Source: an uncultured Methanobrevibacter sp.
GTDB lineage: Archaea; Methanobacteriota; Methanobacteria; Methanobacteriales; Methanobacteriaceae
Direction of reading: 5' to 3'
Length of the DNA: 48,976 nucleotides
Assembly: GCA_902782595.1 (NCBI GenBank)
Contig: CACZNW010000022.1
Span: forward strand, 1-48,976
A program made the position numbers and the translations under genes. The notes beneath the pieces are model-generated. The model ran no database searches, was not told where the DNA came from, and was given only the letters and a program-made list of their open reading frames with translations. Positions 40,915 through 48,976 of this stretch are shown here, piece by piece. Within the stretch, counting starts at the first letter, position 1, and each line of letters starts with the position of its first letter.

Positions 40915-43572
40915 ATTCCAACTCATACGAACAAAAAATTTAAATTTTCAATTATTATGCATATTCATAATGTGGAAGATTATCTAAAAGAAGCTATTGA
41001 TTCCATTATTAATCAAAATTTTAGTTTTAAAGATAATATAGAATTATTATTAATTGATAGTGGTAGTGTAGATAAATCAGGTGATATTGCATTAACTTAT
41101 CAGAAAAAATACCCTGAAAATATTTTTTGTTTATCTTGTGAGAGTACATTTACTGCTGATGCATATAATTTAGGATTGGAACATGCTTCAGGACAATACA
41201 TTAATTTTATGAATGCTTTTGATGTAATATCCAAGAATTTAATTTCAAAAGTGAATAATGCATTCAATAAATATGATGTTTCTGTAGTTACAACTCCTGT
41301 GGAATATTTGAATCTTATCAATAAAAATTATCCTTTAAGATTTAAATTTAGAGATGAAGAATGTGATGGGCTTGTAGATTTGAAGAAATTCAATTCATTT
41401 ATTCAGATTGACGTTTCAACAGCTTTTATTAAACGCGAAGCCATTGGTGATTTAAGATTTTCAAATAAAATTAACATGTTTGAAACACTTTTCATTAATA
41501 AAATCTTTATTAATGATAATAAATATTTTTTAGTTGAAGGTACAACTTATTTTTCACGAGAAGAACCTATTGACAGTGAGATTAATTTTAAAGAAGATAT
41601 TTCCGACTCATTTGACTATTTTTATAATGAATTAATTAAATGTTCAATCGATAAGTTTTCAGCTGTTCCAAAATTCATTCAGAATACGATTTTATATTAT
41701 TTAAGAGAAATTATCAAAATTTCAGATATTAAAAAATTTTTCCCAGCAAAAGAGGAGTTAAATGTCTTTTGGGATAAATTTATGTATATTCTGTCCAATA
41801 TTGAAATGAATCAAATTGTAAAAAGTCGATTTTTTAAAAGGGGTTTGAAAAATTTTTTAATCTATCTTAAAAATAATGATTTTCACATTGAAATTCAGGG
41901 AGAACATATTTTTGTAAAATCTAATAATGATATATTGAATAGTTTGCACAAATCCAAAATATGGTTTGATATTGTTGAGATAAAAGAAGGATTTTTAAAT
42001 ATTTCCGGTTCCTATACTAGTTCCTGTGATAAAAAATATCTTTCTGTTGAGGCTGTAAAATCTGGAAATGATATTAAAACTGTTTATGAAGCAGAAGAGG
42101 TTGAATATCCAAATACTAATCGTGAAACTTTAAAATATCTGTCAATACCTTGGGAATTCAGGTATAATTTCGATTTTAAAATTCCTATTGCTAAAAATGA
42201 ATCTTTTAGTTTGTTCTTCAGATTAATTTATCATGAGAATGATAACTATGTTGTTATAAACAGTGAAGTTGATTGCAGATATTATGTTAATTTATCTGAT
42301 TTTGGAAATTATTTCAGAAAAGACAATTGTATATTACTATTAAAAAGAAATGTGTTCTATTTAAGGCCTGAATCTTATATGAGGGCTTGTGTTTATGAAT
42401 TTAAGGTATATATGAAACTCCTGTTTTCAAGTTTGCCTCTTATGGCTAAGGTCAAAACAATATTGTTCAGATTTATATGTTTTATTTTATATCCGTTTTA
42501 TAAAAACAGGAAAATCTGGTTATTTACAGACAGAAGAGATCTGTCCGGAGATAACGGGGAGCATTTCTTCAGATATGCAATTACCAGAAAAGATGATGTT
42601 CACAAATATTTTGTCCTTGAAAAAGACTGTGAGGATTACGTTAGATTGAAAGATATTTATGGCAAACATGTTGTTGAATTCGAATCATTTAAACATAAAT
42701 TTTTATATGCTTTCGCTAAAAAATTGATGCAGTCACAGATTTCCCCGAAAACATACAATCCCTTCCATGAAGGAAGGCCTAGAAGATTTGCCGGCTTGGG
42801 ATTGGGAGAGGTTTATTTCCTGCAGCATGGAGTAAACAGATATGATATGTCAAGTTGGATGACTAAATTTGATAAGAATTTATCCTTAATTTTAACAGTC
42901 TCTGATGTCGATTATGAGGAGTTTACAGGTGAACATTATACTTATGACCCTTCGATTGTTCAGAAACTGGGTTATCCGAGATTTGATAACTTGACAAATG
43001 ATAATCTTAAAAAACAGATTGTTATAATGCCTACCTGGAGAAACTATATTAAAAATGCAAATCAGTTACTGGAATCTGAGTATTATCTTCGTTTCAATGG
43101 TTTATTAAATAATGAAAGATTAATTGAGCATGCTAAAAAAACAGGTTATGAGATTGTTTTAAAGCCTCATCCATTAATGTATAAATACATCAGTGTTTTT
43201 AATGTAAATGATTATGTTAAAATTGATAATGTTACAAAGCATCATGATATTTTATGTGATTCCGCATTAATGATTACAGATTACTCATCTGTTGCATGTG
43301 ACTTTGTATATCTTAAAAAACCGGTAATTTATTATCAGTATGGTGGAGGAAATGATCATCACTTTGATATTAGCACTTTATTTAAAGATGATGGGTCTTT
43401 GGAATTCGGGGAGATAATTGAAGATGAAGACAGATTAATAGATAAAATTATTGAATATATGGACAATAATTGTCAGATGGAAGAAAAATATCAAAAAAGA
43501 GTTGATAACTTTTATAAGTATATTGATAAAAACAATTCTAAAAGAGTTTATGATTGGGTTTATAATCATTAG
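40915..43572 (+). CDS. Degenerate GT2-like domain + TagF/TarF-like phosphotransferase fusion; true start probably upstream of ATG 40957
   Basis: Frame is open upstream of 40957 and encodes KFKFSII (first GT2 strand); C-terminal FLQHG, GYPRFD, MPTWR, KPHP, ITDYSS. The 40915 start is inferred. Confidence 0.85.
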   Translation: MPTHTNKKFKFSIIMHIHNVEDYLKEAIDSIINQNFSFKDNIELLLIDSGSVDKSGDIALTYQKKYPENIFCLSCESTFTADAYNLGLEHASGQYINFMNAFDVISKNLISKVNNAFNKYDVSVVTTPVEYLNLINKNYPLRFKFRDEECDGLVDLKKFNSFIQIDVSTAFIKREAIGDLRFSNKINMFETLFINKIFINDNKYFLVEGTTYFSREEPIDSEINFKEDISDSFDYFYNELIKCSIDKFSAVPKFIQNTILYYLREIIKISDIKKFFPAKEELNVFWDKFMYILSNIEMNQIVKSRFFKRGLKNFLIYLKNNDFHIEIQGEHIFVKSNNDILNSLHKSKIWFDIVEIKEGFLNISGSYTSSCDKKYLSVEAVKSGNDIKTVYEAEEVEYPNTNRETLKYLSIPWEFRYNFDFKIPIAKNESFSLFFRLIYHENDNYVVINSEVDCRYYVNLSDFGNYFRKDNCILLLKRNVFYLRPESYMRACVYEFKVYMKLLFSSLPLMAKVKTILFRFICFILYPFYKNRKIWLFTDRRDLSGDNGEHFFRYAITRKDDVHKYFVLEKDCEDYVRLKDIYGKHVVEFESFKHKFLYAFAKKLMQSQISPKTYNPFHEGRPRRFAGLGLGEVYFLQHGVNRYDMSSWMTKFDKNLSLILTVSDVDYEEFTGEHYTYDPSIVQKLGYPRFDNLTNDNLKKQIVIMPTWRNYIKNANQLLESEYYLRFNGLLNNERLIEHAKKTGYEIVLKPHPLMYKYISVFNVNDYVKIDNVTKHHDILCDSALMITDYSSVACDFVYLKKPVIYYQYGGGNDHHFDISTLFKDDGSLEFGEIIEDEDRLIDKIIEYMDNNCQMEEKYQKRVDNFYKYIDKNNSKRVYDWVYNH

Positions 43573-43599
43573 GGGAAATTTTATTTTTGAGGAAAAAAC

Positions 43600-45831
43600 A
43601 TGAGTGAAAATAATTTTATTTGGATTTATGGTGAGAATCGGGCGGAGTCTGCCTGTGAAAACTCTTTTAATTTTTGGAAGTATGCCTTAACAAGAGATGA
43701 TTCTATTGATAATTATTTCATTTTGAAAAAAAATAAAAACACTTTAAAAATTTATGATGCTCTCTCAGAAATTGAAAAAGAACATATAATTTGGCATAAT
43801 TCAAATAAACATAAAGAATTATTTAAAAAAGCGGACATGTGTTTTGTTTCAGATTCTTTTTATGATGTAAGTCCAACTGAAGGTTCTTTTAGAAGAAAGG
43901 ACTATCCTATTGAAAAACCGTTAATTTTCCTTCAAAAAGATTCAAATTCAATATTTAACTCAAGAATCACTGGTGAATCTAATAACAGTAACATATTCAG
44001 ATACTGTGTTTATGATAGGGATAATTTGGATATTTTAATCGAAAAAAACAATTTTAAAGATTATCAACTTCGATATGTTAAATTCCCATTAAAATTCAAT
44101 TCAGATTTTGTTTTAAAGGAGGAATCTGTCAAGAATAGAAATTTAATAACATGGGTTGTTGAATGGAGATATTATGGCAGTACCCGACAGGATTTTATTG
44201 ATAATATCGTCAGTATTTTAAAATCCGAGGATTTGAATAATTATCTATCTAAAAATAATCTCACTTTAAAAGTTTGTCTTCACAGATACTATAAAAAAGA
44301 CATGTTTGAAGAGATTTATAATTGTTCCAATGATCATATTCAAGTAACCGGAAGCAATGTGCTTTTACCTGATGACATCCACACTTCAAGATTATTGATT
44401 ACCGATTACAGTTCATATGCCTTTGATTTCAGCCTTTTAAAAAGGAGGGTACTTTTATATCAGCCTGATTTTGATTTTGTTAAAAACAAACATGATTTTC
44501 TAATTGATGCTGATGATATTAATAACATTAAAACCTCTTCTGATTTAATCTCAGCTATTGTCAACGAAACGGATATTCAGAATCCTTTTTTGAACATGTG
44601 GGATGACACTAATTTTGAAGAAATCAAAAAGGATTCACATATTAAAGAGTTATATGATTATTTTGTTGAAAAACAGCAAAATAAAATAACTTTCATAGGA
44701 TATAATTTCTTTGGAGCCGGAGGTACTGTCAGTTCTACAAAAGCGCTGGCTGAAGGTTTGGTTCAAAAGGATTACTTTGTAGAGTTATACTCAATTGTTA
44801 GAACTGATTCCAACAACACTAAACTGAACGGAATTAACCTTACATATGGATTTTACAGACACACAAAATCATATAAAGATAAAATAAAATATAAGGCATA
44901 TCACTTTACCAAGCGTTACGGATATTTGGGTTATGAAGAAAATGTAAATGGTATTAATCCATATTCAAACTGTCATTTGAAAAAATATCTGAAAAATATT
45001 AAATCAAATACTGTTGTTTCAACAAGAGAAACATTGCATCTCTTTTTAGAGGAATGTGAATCTGATTTTATTAAAAATAAGATTTATTTTTTCCATGCGC
45101 CTGCAGATACAATAGACGTAATGTATCCGGGGTTAATCCATAAATTAAAAGAAAAAACCCTTAATAAAGCAGTTTTTGTAACTGAAAATAATCGTTTAGC
45201 TCTTAAAAAGTTATTTAATTATGATAATTACAATAAATTCACTGTAATAGGCAATGCACTTGAAGAAAATAAAATCATCAATAAAAATGACATCACAACT
45301 GTTCCTAAAAAAGATAAATATGTTGGAATTTATCTCTTAAGGCTTAGTGTAGATAGAATAGATGATTTAAATAATTTAATAAACTTCGCAAAATATTTAA
45401 AAGAAAATAATATTTCCAATATTATCATTGATGTTTTTGGTGGAGGAAGGTATGCCAAGGAGTTTATGGATATTGTTTATGATAATAATTTGGATAATAT
45501 TATCAACTATAGAGGAAAAACTAATTTCCCGTTCAGTGAAATCAAAAATCATGATTTCATGGCGGATTTTACTTTAAATCATAGTTTTGGTATGATTTAT
45601 ATTGAAGGAGTTTTAGCGGGTAGAAAAGTATTCTGTATGGAAAATCCGGGCTCTATTGAAGTGATGGGCAGTATAGATAATACTTATATTGAATCATTTG
45701 AATGGTTGGTAAAACAAATAAATAATATTTCTGATATATCTTTAAGTGAACTTCATAAAAATTATGAAATTATAATGTCTAACTTTTCTCAAAATGCAGT
45801 TTCTGAGAAATTTTTAGATTTTCTTGATTGA
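43600..45831 (+). CDS. Degenerate TagF-like domain + GT-B glycosyltransferase fusion
   Basis: LITDYSSYAFDF kept but FLQHG and PTWR altered; GAGGT N-terminal GT-B loop and HSFGMIYIEG. Confidence 0.8.
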   Translation: MSENNFIWIYGENRAESACENSFNFWKYALTRDDSIDNYFILKKNKNTLKIYDALSEIEKEHIIWHNSNKHKELFKKADMCFVSDSFYDVSPTEGSFRRKDYPIEKPLIFLQKDSNSIFNSRITGESNNSNIFRYCVYDRDNLDILIEKNNFKDYQLRYVKFPLKFNSDFVLKEESVKNRNLITWVVEWRYYGSTRQDFIDNIVSILKSEDLNNYLSKNNLTLKVCLHRYYKKDMFEEIYNCSNDHIQVTGSNVLLPDDIHTSRLLITDYSSYAFDFSLLKRRVLLYQPDFDFVKNKHDFLIDADDINNIKTSSDLISAIVNETDIQNPFLNMWDDTNFEEIKKDSHIKELYDYFVEKQQNKITFIGYNFFGAGGTVSSTKALAEGLVQKDYFVELYSIVRTDSNNTKLNGINLTYGFYRHTKSYKDKIKYKAYHFTKRYGYLGYEENVNGINPYSNCHLKKYLKNIKSNTVVSTRETLHLFLEECESDFIKNKIYFFHAPADTIDVMYPGLIHKLKEKTLNKAVFVTENNRLALKKLFNYDNYNKFTVIGNALEENKIINKNDITTVPKKDKYVGIYLLRLSVDRIDDLNNLINFAKYLKENNISNIIIDVFGGGRYAKEFMDIVYDNNLDNIINYRGKTNFPFSEIKNHDFMADFTLNHSFGMIYIEGVLAGRKVFCMENPGSIEVMGSIDNTYIESFEWLVKQINNISDISLSELHKNYEIIMSNFSQNAVSEKFLDFLD

Positions 45832-45850
45832 TTGAGGAGGAAATTTTAAT

Positions 45851-47026
45851 ATGGATAATCCCAAAATAACAGTTATAATTCCGGTTTATAATACTGCAGA
45901 TTATCTTGAAGAATGTATTAACAGTGTTGTAAACCAGTCATTTAATGAATTTGAAATAATTTGTGTTAATGACGGTTCAACCGATTCCTCTTTAGATATA
46001 CTTGAAAGTTACAAATCAAAAGATTCAAGAATCACAATCATTAATCAGCCAAACATGGGTTTAGGTGCCGCACGTAATGTTGCACTAAAATGCGCAAAGG
46101 GTGATTATATTCTATTTTTAGATTCCGATGATTATATTGCAGAAGAAATGTTGTCTGATGTTTATAATCTGGTACAGCAAAAATCACTTGATTTATTATT
46201 TTTTAAACTCATTAACTTTGATAATGATACTCGTGCTGAATCAAAAGCCAATTACTTTGAAATGAAGTTCCTAAACAAAATGGTTGGAAGTACGGTTTTT
46301 AATTGGAAGGATGTTAAAGATAGATTATTCGACTTGTCAGTTACCGCTCCCGGAAAACTATTTAAAAGAGATTTGATAAAAGATATGGAGTTTCCCGAAG
46401 ATTTGATTTTTGAAGATACTTTATTTTTCATGGAAACATTTTTTAAAGTTAAAAGAGCATATTTTTATGATAAACATTTTTATTTTAGAAGAATCAGATC
46501 AGATTCCATAATGAATTCATATTATAAAAATTTCCCTGACTGTATACCTATTTATGATAGAATCGGAGATTATTTAAAACATGTTAAGCTTTATGATGAT
46601 TTTGCAGTTCAGTTATTTGACAGGAAATGTAAAGATATTTTCACTCGTTTTTGTAAGGTTCCTGATGATTTTAAAGAAGAGTTCTACACAATAATTAAAC
46701 AAAATTTCTCCGAATTTGAAACATCTCTTTTAAGCGAAGGAACACTTGAGTCATGTAACGAAAGAAGTAATGTGATTTTTTACAGTGCAGTTAATTCAGA
46801 TTCATATCGGGAATTTGAATTATTGGTGGAGTCCTTTGATTTAAGAAAATATTGTGACAGATTGAAATCAGAAAATGATAAATCAGAAAAAAGATATGAA
46901 CATAAAATATCCGAATTAACTAGTGAAAATGAAAAATATCAACGGGAAATTAATGTTTTAAAAAATTCCACTAGCTGGAAAGTAACAAGAATTTTTAGAA
47001 TAGTCATGAGATATTTTAAAAAGTAA
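45851..47026 (+). CDS. GT2 glycosyltransferase with C-terminal coiled coil
   Basis: ITVIIPVYN, NDGSTD, ARNVAL, FLDSDD, FED; tail NSTSWKVTRIFR. Confidence 0.93.
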   Translation: MDNPKITVIIPVYNTADYLEECINSVVNQSFNEFEIICVNDGSTDSSLDILESYKSKDSRITIINQPNMGLGAARNVALKCAKGDYILFLDSDDYIAEEMLSDVYNLVQQKSLDLLFFKLINFDNDTRAESKANYFEMKFLNKMVGSTVFNWKDVKDRLFDLSVTAPGKLFKRDLIKDMEFPEDLIFEDTLFFMETFFKVKRAYFYDKHFYFRRIRSDSIMNSYYKNFPDCIPIYDRIGDYLKHVKLYDDFAVQLFDRKCKDIFTRFCKVPDDFKEEFYTIIKQNFSEFETSLLSEGTLESCNERSNVIFYSAVNSDSYREFELLVESFDLRKYCDRLKSENDKSEKRYEHKISELTSENEKYQREINVLKNSTSWKVTRIFRIVMRYFKK

Positions 47027-47067
47027 TCCTAAAATTTTATTAATATTGTCATATCAAATATATAAAT

Positions 47068-48435
47068 ATGGATTGTGATGAATTATATATTTCTCTTCTA
47101 TTTCCACCTTCAGATTATGTGTCTGGAATAACTGTTTTTAAAAGAATTGCAGAGAATAATCATAAAGTCGATGTAGTGCAATCAAATTTCAAATCGGATG
47201 ATTTCACTGAATTTAACAGGTATGTTGATGAGTATATTAACAATAGAATAATTGTTGATATTGACTGTAAAATTGACTGGCCTGCCTGTATATTTAAATT
47301 TGTTGATAAAGGAATTAAAGCAATTAAAAAAGATTATAAAAAAATTTATTCAAGATCATGGGTTATATCAAATCATTTTTTAGCCTTTGAGTATAAGTTA
47401 ACTCATCCGGAAGTATTTTGGTGTGCTGAATTTTCAGATCCATTAATTTATGGTTTATCAAATAATCTCAGAAAGCATAAACAAATGATAATTGATGATT
47501 ATGACTATGTTTCAAAAATAAATCATTATATTGATATTTATAATAATGATAATGGTACTGATTATCCGTTGATTGAAAAAAATCCGTCTGCTTATTTTGT
47601 TGCCGAATATCTGGTTTATTTATTCTCTGATGAGATAATTTTTACAAATAATAATCAGCAGCAGATTATGCTGAATCAGTTTCCGGTTGACATTAAGCAA
47701 ATGGCATTATCCAAAAGTGAAATTAAACATCATCCAACATTGGACAGTAAGTTTTACAGAATATCTGATTGTAATTTGGATTTAAATGAAAATAACATTA
47801 ATGTTGCTTATTTTGGCACGGATTATTATTCAAAACGGCATTTTGAAAGTTTGTTTTATGCAGTTGAATCAATAAATCATAAATATAAGAATAAGCTACA
47901 TATTCATTTATATATTTCAGATGACAAGCTGGTTAAAAAATTAATTCCATCAGATATTTTCACTGTCAAAAAACCATTAGACTATTTGGATTTTTTAAAT
48001 GCCACTACTAAATATGATGTTTTAATCGTAAACGATGTTTTAACAAAAGACAATTATGCAATAAATCCTTATTTGCCTTCAAAGCTTTCAGATTATTTAG
48101 GTTCTGGCAGTGATATTTGGGCATTATATGAACCTGGCAGTTCACTTTCCAAAGCAGATTTAAAATATAAATCTGATATTTATGATTATGATGCATGTCG
48201 TGTTGAGTTACTCAAGATACTTGATGATTATGGACTTAAAGATGATAATTGCACAATAAATGGTGATTATTTCAATCAGAGACTAACCGATTTTAATGAA
48301 TTGTATGAAAAGGAATTCCGAAGAAGAGTTAAACTTGAACGTGAAGTAAAAAAACTTAAAAAAGAAAATAATGAAATTAAATCTTCAAACAGCTGGAAAA
48401 TCACAAAACCTCTTAGGAGACTGAGGAATAAGTAA
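47068..48435 (+). CDS. Putative GT-B glycosyltransferase with C-terminal coiled coil
   Basis: FPP...SG N-terminus, AEFSDP, PYLPSKLSDYLGSG; tail SSNSWKITKPLR. Confidence 0.7.
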   Translation: MDCDELYISLLFPPSDYVSGITVFKRIAENNHKVDVVQSNFKSDDFTEFNRYVDEYINNRIIVDIDCKIDWPACIFKFVDKGIKAIKKDYKKIYSRSWVISNHFLAFEYKLTHPEVFWCAEFSDPLIYGLSNNLRKHKQMIIDDYDYVSKINHYIDIYNNDNGTDYPLIEKNPSAYFVAEYLVYLFSDEIIFTNNNQQQIMLNQFPVDIKQMALSKSEIKHHPTLDSKFYRISDCNLDLNENNINVAYFGTDYYSKRHFESLFYAVESINHKYKNKLHIHLYISDDKLVKKLIPSDIFTVKKPLDYLDFLNATTKYDVLIVNDVLTKDNYAINPYLPSKLSDYLGSGSDIWALYEPGSSLSKADLKYKSDIYDYDACRVELLKILDDYGLKDDNCTINGDYFNQRLTDFNELYEKEFRRRVKLEREVKKLKKENNEIKSSNSWKITKPLRRLRNK

Positions 48436-48499
48436 GTGTATTTAAATGACTGTAATATCTGTTTTTATTCTTGTTTATAGATTAGTATGACTATATTGA

Positions 48500-48790
48500 T
48501 TTAAATACATTGGAAAACTTCATGACAATAGAGTTTCAATGGACTCCAATGATTATTTTGATGAAACCAAATGATAATTCATAAATACTGGTTATAATTT
48601 AGTTATCCAATCTGATAATTATTGGGATTATTTAGTTGAATATTATGAAGCGGAAAATTCAAAACTAAAAAAGCAAAATAAGAAATTACTCAAAGAGAAT
48701 AAGAAGTTAGAACAGTTTAACAAAGAACTGTTGTCATCTAAAAGTTGGAAGATGACTAAACCACTTCGTATTTTAAGAAATCATAAATAA
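48500..48790 (+). pseudogene. Remnant of a GT2 C-terminus (coiled coil + SKSWKMTKPLR)
   Basis: Frame reads VSMDSNDYFDETK**FINTGYNLVIQSDNYWDYLVEYYEAENSKLKKQNKKLLKENKKLEQFNKELLSSKSWKMTKPLRILRNHK*, collinear with the end of 36228..37385; TGA TAA at 48572-48577. Confidence 0.75.
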
Positions 48791-48892
48791 TTTTGAACAG
48801 TTAATAATTACATTAATATATCTAATTAAATAAATTATATTTTAGTAGATATTTTTTCTACTATATAGTTATAACTATTTTGGTGTTTAAAA

Positions 48893-48976
48893 ATGAATAA
48901 AAAGATAGGTATTATATTTGCTTTAGTATTAGTAGCTTTCTTAGTTATGGGTACTGCAAGCGCTGGTTTATTTGAC
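48893..48976 (+). CDS. Secreted/surface protein, N-terminal fragment (runs off window)
   Basis: GGTG RBS; MNKKIGIIFALVLVAFLVMGTASA|GLFD Sec signal peptide. Confidence 0.8.
   Translation, partial: MNKKIGIIFALVLVAFLVMGTASAGLFD

Noticed and set aside
270-48196. Many short antisense or alternate-frame ORFs in the track (e.g. 887..1177, 2492..2923, 10304..10717, 12122..12451, 38944..39219)
   Set aside because: They lie within well-supported genes, lack motifs and RBSs, and are expected shadows of biased codon usage.
14371-48435. Phase variation by homopolymer tracts in glycosyltransferase genes
   Set aside because: Only short A/T runs typical of this AT content were seen, with no long G/C tracts or frameshifted genes.
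48572-48577. Stop-codon readthrough making the GT remnant a real gene
   Set aside because: Two consecutive stops (TGA TAA), further stops upstream and no catalytic domain favour decay.

Overview
AT-rich archaeal chromosomal window, most likely from a Methanobrevibacter-type methanogen (Methanobacteriales). The evidence is an MtxX/Mmp4 methanogenesis marker, DUF1890/DUF1894 genes next to a short core methionine synthase, class III signal peptide pilin-like genes, GGTG/GGAG-type ribosome binding sites and adhesin-like proteins. Bases 1-14.4 kb are mostly housekeeping: tRNA-Ala(GGC), the methionine synthase operon, cobM/cbiF, two pilin-like genes, tatD-uppS-mtxX, a CDF transporter, a glutathione peroxidase and a USP. 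They also hold an uncharacterised four-gene block at 8.7-11.6 kb (HExxH metallopeptidase, very acidic repeat protein, two small coupled ORFs). Bases 14.4-48.8 kb form a ~34 kb cell-surface glycopolymer locus. It has six CDP-polyol phosphotransferase (TagF-like) fusion proteins (four TagF+GT-B, two GT-A+TagF), three GT2s, a GT-B-like protein, a LicD protein, three acyltransferase-3 proteins and four Lys-rich beta-helix adhesin-like proteins. It also holds an unannotated GT C-terminal pseudogene remnant. Notable details are paralogs missing catalytic residues, a shared coiled-coil + SxSWKITKPLR tail, a probable non-AUG start, internal repeat expansions in an adhesin and several perfect palindromes. 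No CRISPR array, rRNA, transposase or integrase was seen. All calls come from motif recognition by eye; no searches were run.
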